Translations under genes and position numbers: made by a program
Shown here: positions 54,472-64,000 of the stretch, piece by piece
Layout of the letters: every line of letters begins with the position of its first letter
Position numbering within the stretch: the first letter of the stretch is position 1
Origin: an uncultured Chloroflexia bacterium
GTDB taxonomy: Bacteria > Chloroflexota > Anaerolineae > Anaerolineales > UBA4823
Assembly (NCBI GenBank): GCA_963751425.1
Contig: CAVVUF010000004.1
Coordinates: 572,981 to 636,980 of the forward strand
DNA: 64,000 nt
Reading direction: 5' to 3'
The notes under the pieces: model-generated
What the model saw: the letters and a program-made list of their open reading frames with translations, nothing else
Told to the model about the DNA's origin: nothing
The model's database searches: none

Positions 54472-55533
54472 CTAAGCCAGGCGCACGCGTGGATCGATAA
54501 AGCCGTACAGCACATCCACAGCTAAGTTTGCCACAATCAAGATAAACCCATTGAAAAGGGCAAACCCCAGCACGGTGACCACGTCCAGCGAAGCCGCCGC
54601 CGCGGCGGCCGCCGACCCGATCCCCGGGTAGGTAAAGACCGTTTCGGTGATCACCACCCCTCCCAGCAGACCCACCACCTGGAAGCCGGCCAGCGTCGCC
54701 ACCGGGATCAAGGCATTGGGCCTGGCGTGCTTGTTGATCACATCCTTCTCCTTGACGCCCTTGGCGCGCGCCGTAGTCACGTATTCCTGGTTTAGCGTCT
54801 CCAGCATCGAAGAGCGCGTCACGCGCAGGAAGGTGGCCCAGTTGATATAGGAAAGCGTCAGGATCGGCAGAACCAGGTGGCGCATCGCATCCAGGGTGAT
54901 ATCCGGGCGCCCATTCAATATGCCGTCAACGGTCATCAAGTGGGTGTATTGGGTAAAACTCGCAGAATTTACGACCTGGTTCGCCCAATCCGAAAGCCTG
55001 CCCGGCGGGAACCAGCCCAGGTTGGCGTAAAAGATCATCAGCACGATCAGCCCGAAGACAAAGGTCGGGAAAGACGAGCCGATGATGCTGAAGATACGCG
55101 CCCCCTGGTCGAAAAGACCATTGTGGTGCACGGCAGCCTGCACCCCCAGCCACAGGCCGACCGCAATGATCGGCACCACCGCCCACAGCGCCAGCTCCAG
55201 CGTGGCCGGGAAGCGCTGCTTGATTAAATCAACCACCGGCTGCGAACCGACTCGCGAATAGCCGAAGTTACCTTGCAAAATGCCGGGTTTAAACTCACCA
55301 TTCTTATCTTTAAAGCCCGCCAGCCAGCGCCAGTACTGCACGTATACCGGCTGGTCAAACCCGTAGCGCTTGATGATCCCTTCGACCACATTCTCATTCT
55401 TGGGGATATCGCGCACATACAGCGCCGAGCGCTCCACCGGGCTGAGGAACTGCAGCATGATGAAGATCAGCACCGTGACGCCGAAGAGCAGCAGCGGCAG
55501 GAGCATTAAGCGGCGGATGATATAAGCAGTCAT
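54472..55533 (-). CDS. peptide-type ABC permease (DppB/OppB-like), system 3
   Basis: 353 aa. MTAYIIRRLMLLPLLLFGVTVLIFIM..., EYVTTARAKGVKEKDVINKHARPNALIP, and ends FIDPRVRLA. Confidence 0.9.
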   Translation of the reverse strand: MTAYIIRRLMLLPLLLFGVTVLIFIMLQFLSPVERSALYVRDIPKNENVVEGIIKRYGFDQPVYVQYWRWLAGFKDKNGEFKPGILQGNFGYSRVGSQPVVDLIKQRFPATLELALWAVVPIIAVGLWLGVQAAVHHNGLFDQGARIFSIIGSSFPTFVFGLIVLMIFYANLGWFPPGRLSDWANQVVNSASFTQYTHLMTVDGILNGRPDITLDAMRHLVLPILTLSYINWATFLRVTRSSMLETLNQEYVTTARAKGVKEKDVINKHARPNALIPVATLAGFQVVGLLGGVVITETVFTYPGIGSAAAAAAASLDVVTVLGFALFNGFILIVANLAVDVLYGFIDPRVRLA

Positions 55534-55624
55534 TCAAGCACCTCTCTTCTCGAGGGTTCGTCTCGCACAGAAGTTAATGTCCAAAGCAGGCGCTAACTTC
55601 CGGGCAAGAAAACATCCAGGGGGA

Positions 55625-55652
55625 TTGCAGGGGCTGTTGCCAGCCCCTGCAA
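55625..55652 (-). promoter_or_regulatory. perfect 12-bp intercistronic hairpin after the solute-binding protein gene (system 3)
   Basis: TTGCAGGGGCTG-ttgc-CAGCCCCTGCAA, between the solute-binding protein stop (55671) and the permease start (55533). No U-tract on the coding strand. Confidence 0.55.
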
Positions 55653-55670
55653 ATGCAAACGTAAAGGAAT

Positions 55671-57752
55671 TTACTTCTTTGAAAGTGCGTAGTAATAGAA
55701 TCCGGGAGCGATGGGGTTCGCGTAGTAACCCTGCACCCAGCGCTGTTCGTAGTGACGGCCCGTCGCCAGCGCCAGAAGGATCTGAGGCGGGTTATCAAAG
55801 ATCTGCTGGTTCAGCTCGGTGTAGATCTCGGCGCGCTTGGCCGGGTCGGTCTCAGCCACGCCGGCGTTGATCAAGGTCGCAAACTGATCCGTCAGCTCCG
55901 CGGGGAGCTGCTGGCGGCGGCCGTAGGTACCGATGATGTAAGGTTGGAACCAGTTGTGCGGGTCATGGATATCTTCCACCCAACCGGAGAAGAACATCGG
56001 CAGGGCAGCGGCGCGCTGGTTGCGCAGGAAGGTCGGCCAGGGCAGGCCGATGATCTCGATCGAGAACAGCTCGTTCACTTCAGCCAGGTTGCCCGCCAGG
56101 ATTTCAGCAATCGTCTGGCGCACGGTATTGCCCGTGTTGTAAGCCACCTGCATGCGGAAGCCGGTTGTCCACACATCGCCTTCGGGGTCTTCGCCCGCCA
56201 CGATGCCGTCCTTGTCCATATCAGCCAGCTTGAACTCTTCCTCGCACTTGGCCGGATCGTAGGTGTACTTCGGGCCGTTGGGGTCGTAACCCGGCATGCC
56301 GGGCAGCTCGATGCTCACCGCCTGTTTCGCTTCGCCCGCCAGGGCATCGTTGATATAGGTGTCCCAATCGAAGCAGTAGTTGAAAGCCTTACGGACGTGC
56401 ACGTCGCTGAAGAAATCAGGCGGGATGCCGTTGCCATCCAGCTTGCCCGAGCCAAGCAGCGGGTTGGGGCTTTCTTCAGAGGTGGCAATGTTAAAGGTCA
56501 TGAAGGCATCCGTACGGGTCGCCGGGGGATTGCCCTTATACAAACGGAAGGGCTGGTCGCTCTCAGACACGCAGGCATCGAAATCGTTGATACTATCGTT
56601 GTAGAGGCAGGTCTCGCCGACCATCGGGTCGACCTGAGCAATATCGGTGCGGTTGACGGTAGCCAAATCGGCGTCACCAGCCTGCAGCATGGCGAAACGC
56701 GTGCCCCATTCATCCACTTTCTTGATAATGACACGCTCCAGGGCTGCCGGTCCGCTCGGTCCACCTTCCCAGCCGGGCTCGGTACGCCAGTAATTGTCAT
56801 TGCGCGCCAGGACCAATTCTTGTCCCTTGGTCCAGCTTTCCAGCTTGAAGGGGCCGGTGCCGTTGGCAATGCTGGTGAAGGGATCGACATCCGAAGTGGT
56901 GCCGTAGTAGTTCTGCCAGGTTTCGCAAGTGCCGTCCCAGCCGCCGTTGGCAGCCACCCAGGCTTGATTCATCACCACACCCCAGGAATTTGCCAGGGTC
57001 GGGATGAAGGGCGCCCAGGGCTGCGCCAGGGTCATGGTCACGGTGCCCGCTGCATCGTCAGCCACAACTACCGACTTGACCTTTTCGCAGGTTTCCATCA
57101 GCTTGGCGGGGTCAGCAGCCTTCATGGCCTCCTGATCGTCATACAGGTTGCCTTCGGGGTCAACCAGCAGGGAAATGTCATCGATGCCGACGCCGAAGAA
57201 GGGCTCGGTCATCAACCACTGCGGGGAGGCCGTGCCGCCCTGCAGCAGCCCGCGCTGGAAGGTGTAAGCCACATCGGCGGGGGTCATATCCGCGCCGTCG
57301 TGGAACTTGACACCCGTGCGGATTTTGAAGGTGTAGGTCAGGCCATCCGCCGAAATGCCGCCATTTTCCACAGTGGGCACTTCCAAAGCTAACTGCGGGA
57401 TGAAGGTGGTGGGCTTTTCACGGTCGTAATCAATCAGCTTGTCATAAACATTCTGAATGATTTCGCCGCCCGCCGTTTCATAGGCCAGGGCCGGGTCCAG
57501 GGTCTCGGGCTCACCAAATACAGCATTCACCAGCGTGGTCGGATCCTTGGAATTAAACTCAGCAGCAGCAGCGGCCGGTTCCGGTGTAGCAGTGACAACC
57601 ACGGTCTCGCCTTCTTTTACGACTTCTTGGGTCACAACTTCCTTGACCACAACCGTCTCAACGACCGTTTCAGCGGTCGGCGTTGCGCAAGCAGCCAGCA
57701 GCATGCTGGCAGCTACGATCAACGACATTACGATAAATAGTTTGTTACGCAT
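55671..57752 (-). CDS. family-5 ABC substrate-binding lipoprotein, system 3
   Basis: 693 aa. MRNKLFIVMSLIVAASMLLAAC lipobox, a V/T/E-rich tether, then the family-5 solute-binding protein body. Confidence 0.9.
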   Translation of the reverse strand: MRNKLFIVMSLIVAASMLLAACATPTAETVVETVVVKEVVTQEVVKEGETVVVTATPEPAAAAAEFNSKDPTTLVNAVFGEPETLDPALAYETAGGEIIQNVYDKLIDYDREKPTTFIPQLALEVPTVENGGISADGLTYTFKIRTGVKFHDGADMTPADVAYTFQRGLLQGGTASPQWLMTEPFFGVGIDDISLLVDPEGNLYDDQEAMKAADPAKLMETCEKVKSVVVADDAAGTVTMTLAQPWAPFIPTLANSWGVVMNQAWVAANGGWDGTCETWQNYYGTTSDVDPFTSIANGTGPFKLESWTKGQELVLARNDNYWRTEPGWEGGPSGPAALERVIIKKVDEWGTRFAMLQAGDADLATVNRTDIAQVDPMVGETCLYNDSINDFDACVSESDQPFRLYKGNPPATRTDAFMTFNIATSEESPNPLLGSGKLDGNGIPPDFFSDVHVRKAFNYCFDWDTYINDALAGEAKQAVSIELPGMPGYDPNGPKYTYDPAKCEEEFKLADMDKDGIVAGEDPEGDVWTTGFRMQVAYNTGNTVRQTIAEILAGNLAEVNELFSIEIIGLPWPTFLRNQRAAALPMFFSGWVEDIHDPHNWFQPYIIGTYGRRQQLPAELTDQFATLINAGVAETDPAKRAEIYTELNQQIFDNPPQILLALATGRHYEQRWVQGYYANPIAPGFYYYALSKK

Positions 57753-57921
57753 TACTTTCTCCTCCTTTATGAGAAAAAGTTTTATGTGTTTGATTTTTTA
57801 CCATTTGTATTGCTTCACCCAAAATGGTGAAATTGCCTAACGTTTACCCAGGACATCACCTCCTTCTAAATCTATTTTACACCTCCCCCTTCCCTTCGCA
57901 GGGAAGGGGCCGGGGGTCAGG

Positions 57922-58899
57922 TTACACCAAAAAACACGCCACCCAATGGTCGGGAGAAATCTCCCGCCATTCGGGTTGGGAGAGCGCACAGCGCTCTTCT
58001 GCGAGCCGGCAGCGGGTGCGGAAGCGGCACCCAGAAGGCGGGTTCACCGGGCTGGGCACATCTCCCTTTAGAATAATGCGCTCGCGGCTCTGCTCAATCA
58101 CCGGGTCAGGCACCGGCACCGCCGAGAGCAGCGCCTGGGTGTAGGGATGCAGCGGGTGATCGTGCAGCTCTTTGACACCTGCCAGCTCCACAATCACACC
58201 CAGGTACATCACCGCCACGCGCTTGCTGATGTGCCGTACCACCGACAGGTCATGGGCGATGAACAAATAGGTCAGGCCAAATTCCTCCTGCAAATCTTCC
58301 AGCAGGTTGATCACCTGCGCCTGGATCGATACATCCAGGGCGGAGATGGGCTCGTCGCATACGATCAGGTCCGGGTTCAAGGCCAGGGCGCGCGCAATGC
58401 CGATGCGCTGCCGCTGCCCGCCGGAAAATTCGTGGGGATAGCGCGCCCCAAAGCTGGGACTCAAGCGCACCACTTCCAGCAGCTCATTCACCCGATCCAG
58501 GGTCTCTTCGCCGCGGGTAATCCCATGCACCTGCATCGGCTCGCTGATGATATCCGCCACGGTCATGCGCGGGTTCAGGCTGGCATAAGGGTCCTGGAAG
58601 ATCATCTGCATGCGCTTGCGCATTTTGCGCAGATCTTCCCGCGCTAACCCCACCAGGTCTGTGCCATCAAAATAGACATGTCCCGCCGTTGGACGGTAAA
58701 GCTGCAAGATCGTCCTTCCCGCCGTCGACTTGCCGCAGCCCAATTCTCCCACCAGACCAAAGGTCTCGCCCTTCCGAATATCAAAGCTGATCCCATCCAC
58801 TGCGTGGACGGCGCCCACCTGGCGCTGGAAGACTCCCCGCAAAACCGGGAAGTGCTTTACCAAGCCATCCACCTTCAACAAGACCTGGTCATCAGACAT
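57922..58899 (-). CDS. peptide-type ABC transporter ATP-binding protein (DppF-like), system 3
   Basis: [35 protein letters not shown] and [11 protein letters not shown]. Confidence 0.9.
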   Translation of the reverse strand: MSDDQVLLKVDGLVKHFPVLRGVFQRQVGAVHAVDGISFDIRKGETFGLVGELGCGKSTAGRTILQLYRPTAGHVYFDGTDLVGLAREDLRKMRKRMQMIFQDPYASLNPRMTVADIISEPMQVHGITRGEETLDRVNELLEVVRLSPSFGARYPHEFSGGQRQRIGIARALALNPDLIVCDEPISALDVSIQAQVINLLEDLQEEFGLTYLFIAHDLSVVRHISKRVAVMYLGVIVELAGVKELHDHPLHPYTQALLSAVPVPDPVIEQSRERIILKGDVPSPVNPPSGCRFRTRCRLAEERCALSQPEWREISPDHWVACFLV

Positions 58900-59899
58900 T
58901 GCGTTCTCTTCCTTCTACAACATTCCACCAACAAGCCACGCCATGTTCCGTGCCCACCTGCATCAGAGGTGGATTTTCCTTGCAGCGCTCGAAAGCATGG
59001 TTGCAGCGCACCGCAAAAGGGCACCCTACCGGCTTATGGTACAGCAAGGGCGGCACGCCGCGGATCGCCGTCAGGCGCTGGCGCTGGTCCATATCCACCC
59101 GCGGCAGGCTGCCGAGCAAGCCCAGTGTATAGGGGTGCGTTGGGTTGGCATACAGCTCACGCACCGGCGCTTCTTCAATAATAAACCCGGCATACATCAC
59201 GATCACGCGCTGCGCCAGCCTGGCCACCACCCCCAGGTCATGCGTGATCCAGATGATCGACATGGCAATCTCGTCGCGCAAGCGCTTGACCAGGTCCACG
59301 ATCTGCGCCTGGATGGTCACATCCAGTGCGGTGGTCGGCTCGTCTGCAATCAGGATTTGCGGATTGCACGCCAGTGACATGGCAATCATCACCCGCTGGC
59401 GCATCCCACCCGAAAACTGGTGCGGATAATCTTCCAGGCGCTTTTCAGCCTCAGGAATGCCTACCAGTTGGAGCAGCTCGATCGCCCGATCATGCGATTG
59501 GCGCTTGGTCATCGCCATGTGCAGCATCAGCGGTTCGGCGATCTGCCGTTCGATGGTCAAGACCGGGTTCAACGAGGTCATTGGGTCCTGGAAAACCATG
59601 GCAATCTGCGCGCCGCGGATGTGCCGGATCTCTTCATTTTCCATTTTCAAGAGGTCACGATCATGGAACCAGGCTTCGCCGCTTTCAATTTTTCCTGGAG
59701 GTCTGGCGATCAACTGCAGTGCCGAAAGCATCGTCACCGACTTCCCGCAGCCGCTTTCACCGACGATCCCCAATGTCTCGCCTTCCGCCAGTTCAAACGA
59801 TACACCGTTTACCGCATGGACAACGCCCTCGGGGGTATAGAAGCGGGTCACCAGGTTGTCGACTTTCAGGATGGGAGTACGCCCATTACTCGAAGTCAT
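58892..59899 (-). CDS. peptide-type ABC transporter ATP-binding protein (DppD-like), system 3
   Basis: [35 protein letters not shown] and [10 protein letters not shown]. Confidence 0.9.
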   Translation of the reverse strand: MTSSNGRTPILKVDNLVTRFYTPEGVVHAVNGVSFELAEGETLGIVGESGCGKSVTMLSALQLIARPPGKIESGEAWFHDRDLLKMENEEIRHIRGAQIAMVFQDPMTSLNPVLTIERQIAEPLMLHMAMTKRQSHDRAIELLQLVGIPEAEKRLEDYPHQFSGGMRQRVMIAMSLACNPQILIADEPTTALDVTIQAQIVDLVKRLRDEIAMSIIWITHDLGVVARLAQRVIVMYAGFIIEEAPVRELYANPTHPYTLGLLGSLPRVDMDQRQRLTAIRGVPPLLYHKPVGCPFAVRCNHAFERCKENPPLMQVGTEHGVACWWNVVEGRERNV

Positions 59900-60042
59900 G
59901 AGCAGCCATGTCTCCTTAATAGGAATTTTTTTTCAAAGCGCGCAAACCCCTTCAGCCCCTCTTTTTGGTTTGCACCATGATTTTCTTGGGTATATAAGAA
60001 GCTCATCCTCAAATGAATACTCTTACAGCCTTCAAAAGGTTC

Positions 60043-60067
60043 AAAAAGCCCATAAAGGGCTTTTTTT
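60043..60067 (-). terminator. rho-independent terminator downstream of rsgA
   Basis: AAAAAGCCC-ataaa-GGGCTTTTTTT. The structure is symmetric, so it provides a U-tract on both strands. Confidence 0.6.
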
Positions 60068-60151
60068 AAGCAAACGACATTATACTCCAAATTTGGCTCT
60101 TTGGGATTGCCCGTTAAAGTTGATCTGCAGCGGCAGTTCCTGAAAGACCAA

Positions 60152-61078
60152 TCAGTTTTCCTCTTGTCCCTGGCGCATGCGGACGTAACTCTCATAGCGT
60201 CCAGGGTTGATCTGTCCGCGCCCCAATGCCTCTCGAACCGCACAGCCGGGCTCATGCGTATGGGTGCAGTCGTTGAACTGGCACGCCTCCACCAGCCTGC
60301 GCAGCTCCGGAAAGTAACCGTCGATCTCATGCGGCTCGATATCCCACAAAGCCAGGGCTTTCAAACCAGGGGTATCGACGATGTACCCGCCTTCTGCCAG
60401 CGGGAATAACTGCCTGACCACCGTCGTATGGCGGCCCTTGCTGGTTGCCTGGCTGGTTTCACGCACCGCCAACCCAAGGCCCTCCTGCAGCGCATTCAGC
60501 AAGCTGGATTTTCCAACTCCCGAGGGACCCGCCAGCGCCGATAGCTTGCCGCTCAAGCATTCGCGCAGCGCTTCAAGACCTGTTTGGCTGCGCGCCGAGG
60601 TATACAGAACGGGGTAACCGATCTGCTCGTAGCAGCCAAAAAGCGCCTGCGCTCGCTCCTGGCTGACCAGATCAATCTTGTTCGCTACGATCAAGCTCGG
60701 GAGTGCCTGTTTTTCCGCGATCACCAGGAAGCGGTCTAACATTCCCAGGCGCGGCTCAGGGTTAAAGCAGGAAAAGACAAACACGGCCTGGTCTGGGTTG
60801 GCCACGATGATCTGCTGGTACATGCCGCGCGGCGTCGGGTCCATACGCGCCAGCATATGTTTGCGGGGCAAAAGCGCTTCAATCATCCCCTGCCCAGGCG
60901 AATGGGAAGTGACCTGCACCCGGTCTCCTACGGCTGCAATATCACCCAGGCGCGGCCCTTTTTTTAGCCGTCCACGCAGCTGACAGACTAATGATCCTTG
61001 ATCTGTCTCAACCGTGAAGAACCCCGACTGAGACTGGATGATCAAGCCTTCCAGAAGCTTTGACTCGCTGCCGCTCAT
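60152..61078 (-). CDS. rsgA: ribosome small-subunit-dependent GTPase A
   Basis: 308 aa. N-terminal OB fold, circularly permuted GTPase (NKIDL...[14 protein letters not shown]) and a C-terminal zinc knuckle [16 protein letters not shown]. Confidence 0.9.
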   Translation of the reverse strand: MSGSESKLLEGLIIQSQSGFFTVETDQGSLVCQLRGRLKKGPRLGDIAAVGDRVQVTSHSPGQGMIEALLPRKHMLARMDPTPRGMYQQIIVANPDQAVFVFSCFNPEPRLGMLDRFLVIAEKQALPSLIVANKIDLVSQERAQALFGCYEQIGYPVLYTSARSQTGLEALRECLSGKLSALAGPSGVGKSSLLNALQEGLGLAVRETSQATSKGRHTTVVRQLFPLAEGGYIVDTPGLKALALWDIEPHEIDGYFPELRRLVEACQFNDCTHTHEPGCAVREALGRGQINPGRYESYVRMRQGQEEN

Positions 61079-63346
61079 GGACTCGGGGTAGGCGTCTCCT
61101 CGGGGGCTGTGCCCGGTAAAGGTGTCTCGGTTGGCTGCGGAGTTGGTGTGGGCACCACCCCGATCGAGGATTCCCAGGGATATTTCACCTGCGCCTTCCC
61201 CAGGAAATAGGTTTCCAACACACGCCGGAAGATCGGCGCCGCGACCTCAGAGCCTTCTCCGCCGTTCTCAACCAGCACCACCACGGCGATATCGGGTTTG
61301 TTTTCTTTTTCGGCATAAGTATAGCCAGCAAACCAGGCGTGCGGCTCCCCAGACCCCAACTCTGCCGTGCCGGTCTTTCCTGCAATCGGAATCTTATAGC
61401 TGGTGCTAAAGGGATTCAGCACATAATAAGCCGTCCCGCGCGGGTTCCTGACCACGCTCACCATAGCATCCTGGAGAGTCTGCATCATCGTCCCCGTGAT
61501 GGGTAATGTACCGCGGAGGGTGGGCGTGAACTGGTCCGTAATCGTCCCATCGGTTGCCACGATCTTTTCAACCACCTTGGGCGTATACAGCCTGCCTCCA
61601 TTGCCAATCGCAGCAATGAAATCAGCCACCTGCAAAGGCGTCACCAGCGTGCCCCCCTGCCCGATCGCCAGGTTGGTCGCATCTACCTGGCTGCCCGGGT
61701 CGGGGATCTGCCCCATTTCTTCGGGGATCTCGATCCCGGTGCGGCTGCCCAGCCCAAAAGCCCGCGCCATTTCCGATACATCGGTGGTCAGGCCATCATT
61801 GAACAGCGTCAGACCGATATGCCAGAACCAGGGATTGCAGGAGCGCATCAGCCCCTGCGGCAGCGTCAAGAATTCCGCTGGCCTGGGTTTTTCCATCTTC
61901 CAGGAAATGGTCATAAGTCCAATCGTGCAGCTCCACCCCCGTCAGCTCACGGAAAAAGTATTCGCAGTTGTACTCCGACTCCGGTGTAAACTTTCCACTC
62001 TTCAGGGCTGCAGAAAACGTGATCAGCTTGAATACCGATCCCAGGGGATACTGCCCCTGGGCGGCGCGGTTTAGCAAAGGCAGCTTATCCTGGTCGAACA
62101 GGTCGTTGATCTGATAGCTGTAGTTGGCATTCTGCGGCTCAAACAAGTTCGGGTTGTATTCAGGCGATGAAGCCATCGCCAGCACTCTCCCGGTATCGCG
62201 CTCAAGTACAACCACAGCCCCCCGGAAATCCCCTAAAGCATCCTGCACACCCCTCTGTAAATCTTTATCCAGCGTGGTATAGATGGCCTTTGCAGGCTCC
62301 GGAGATGTCTCAGCCAGCCGGGTAACGATGGCTCCATCCGGGCCAATCAAGTAAAGCGTACCGCCGCGTTTTCCAGCCAGGTATTCTTCTCCCCAGGCTT
62401 CCAGCCCCTTCTGCCCCACCCGGTCGCTCCATACGTTGTAACCCAGGCGCTTGTATTCCTCCACCTCTTCCTGTTGGATAGCGCTCACGTAACCGACCAC
62501 GTGCGGTGCAATGCCCCCGTTAAAATAATAGCGTGCCCTGAAAGGCTGGGCAATGACGCCGGTGAACTGGCTCACCGCCCCGCCCAATTTATCCCAATCT
62601 TCCGCCGAAACATCCGCCACAGGCAGGTACCAGCCACTCTGGCGATAAGCATTGATCTTGTCACGCAGCTTCTCCGGGCGGATGCCGGTCAGCCGGTAGA
62701 TGGCTGTCAGCAAGGAATTTTGAGTATCTTCGCCTACCTGCCCTGTATCCAGGCCAATTGCCACTGCGTCCGACTGGGCCACCAGTGCGGACCCGTCGCG
62801 GTCATAAATATTGGCGCGGGAAGGGCTTTGGTACTCCATGCGCAGCTTATTGCCACCTTTCAGCTCAGGCATCAACAGCGCTTCATCCCACTGCACCTGC
62901 CATTGGCCATTTTCGAAGCTCAGGTTCATCTGCGTATCGCGCTTTAAATCACCCACCAGGGTGCTGTTTAAAACCACGTTATAGGCTACTTGGGCGGTGC
63001 GCGGGTGGATGATATTCTGTGTAATCGCATAATCCCACCCGCTCAATGCGGCCTCGGCGGCTACATCCCGGTAGAACTTGGTGAAGTCTTCTTCTGTGAT
63101 GGCATCTTTGCTGATCGGGGTGAGCATGGCGTACATGGCTGCATAATCTTCAGCCTTCCAGGCATCCAGGTAAGCCCTGGCGGTCGTGGTGGGGTCAGGC
63201 ACGCTGGTTGTCTGCATGCTGGCAGGCTGCAGTGTCTCTGTTGCCGTCGCTGAAGGGGTTACCGTAGGGGCAGCGGATGGCTTCCCACAGCTCACCAGAA
63301 AAGCCAATAGAATGATCCAAATAAAAAATTGTATTTTCTTCATCAT
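61075..63346 (-). pseudogene. penicillin-binding protein 2-type transpeptidase with an N-terminal NTF2-like domain, containing one frameshift in an A5 run
   Basis: SxxK is SVFK, SxN is RSCN and KTG is GKTGTA. The frames join at 61888-61892, where GAT GGA AAAAC CC... reads DHFLEDGK then [12 protein letters not shown] if one A is removed. 4-nt overlaps with both flanking genes. Confidence 0.85.
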
Positions 63347-64000
63347 GCTTCTAATATCTTCTCATATACCGGGCACTCATACTCCAAGGCAGCCTGGCAT
63401 GCCCGGGGAACATCATTTCGAGCGTAGACGCCCGCTTTCTTTAAGGTACGCAGCAAGTTGCACAGTGGAAGCCCAACCACGTTTGCATAACAACCCTGCA
63501 AAGGACGGGCTGGGTTGAAACCTCGGTGCTGGATGGCGTAAGCACCTGCCTTATCCATCGGATCTCCGCTGCGCACATAAGCCAGGATCTCCTCATCGGA
63601 ATAATCGCGCATGCATACATCGGTGCTGCAAAAATCCCTCAGCACGGGGCTATCCAAGCCTCGCAAGACCACCAGTCCCGTAAATACCTGGTGAGTCCTC
63701 CCGCGCAGCTGCTGCAGCATCTTTACAGCTTGATCGGCATCCGCGGGCTTTCCCAAGATCATGCCATCAGCCACCACGGTGGTATCGGCAGCCACAATCA
63801 CCTCATCACCCTGGGTTTGGGCTGCCGCCCTGGCTTTGGCTTCCGCCAGCCGGGCCACATACCTCTCAGGAGTTTCACCTTCTTGATGGCTTTCGTCCAC
63901 ATCGGCTGCTGAAACCCGGAAATCCCAACCTCCCAGTGCCACCAGCTGCTTACGGCGGGGAGAATTGGAGGCTAAGACGATCCGGGGAAAAGTACGCTCC
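63343..64000 (-). CDS. maf: Maf-family nucleoside triphosphate pyrophosphatase (5' end may run off the window)
   Basis: The frame stays open to the window edge (...RIVLASNSPRRKQLVALGGWDF...). Motifs ADTTVV, GKP, RGRTHQVFTG and GAYAIQ are present, plus a Cys-containing C-terminal extension. Confidence 0.85.
   Translation of the reverse strand, partial: ERTFPRIVLASNSPRRKQLVALGGWDFRVSAADVDESHQEGETPERYVARLAEAKARAAAQTQGDEVIVAADTTVVADGMILGKPADADQAVKMLQQLRGRTHQVFTGLVVLRGLDSPVLRDFCSTDVCMRDYSDEEILAYVRSGDPMDKAGAYAIQHRGFNPARPLQGCYANVVGLPLCNLLRTLKKAGVYARNDVPRACQAALEYECPVYEKILEA

Overview
This is a 64-kb bacterial chromosomal segment. By eye it is mid-50s %GC, except for an AT-rich left edge (about 1-1270).

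Gene content and style suggest a Chloroflexota/Anaerolineae-like organism, but this is inference only. The cues are PT-rich linkers, lipoprotein-type solute-binding proteins with V/T/E-rich tethers, many Opp/Dpp-type ABC systems, and MurJ, PBP2, GlmU, RsgA and Maf.

I can support about 50 protein genes, 2 tRNAs (Ser-UGA at 20873-20957 and Gln-UUG at 35476-35546, both on the minus strand), several rho-independent terminators and intercistronic hairpins, and one family of long palindromic repeats. I see no rRNA, CRISPR array, transposase, integrase or phage genes.

Transport dominates the window:
- One BMP/nucleoside-type ABC operon (24002-30527).
- Two tandem paralogous peptide-type ABC systems (36809-41555 and 41730-49271).
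- An ECF-sigma-linked orphan solute-binding protein (49512-52326).
- A complete Dpp-like operon (53420-59899).

Most notable observations:
1. A MerB-like (alkylmercury lyase family) reading frame at 1345-2091 (minus) stays open and homologous across two in-frame UGA codons. These fall exactly where MerB carries its two catalytic cysteines. Each UGA is followed by a hairpin, and the second hairpin has a GGUC tetraloop at an fdhF-like distance. This makes it a candidate double-selenocysteine enzyme.
2. An array of roughly 125-138-nt palindromic repeats (52401-53345) has a 368-bp GIY-YIG ORF cassette sitting inside one unit, flanked by a 9-bp direct duplication.
3. A tightly packed module of a small TM peptide, DUF5317, a LigA-like protein and a PAS-GAF-HD-GYP protein lies at 15968-18646.
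4. A stand-alone P-type-ATPase-like HAD protein is translationally coupled to a DUF389-SH3b membrane protein.
5. At least 13 reading-frame disruptions (frameshifts and two in-frame TAGs) are present, concentrated in solute-binding protein and transporter genes. Some sit in homopolymers and look like assembly errors. Their density in one solute-binding protein gene looks like real decay.
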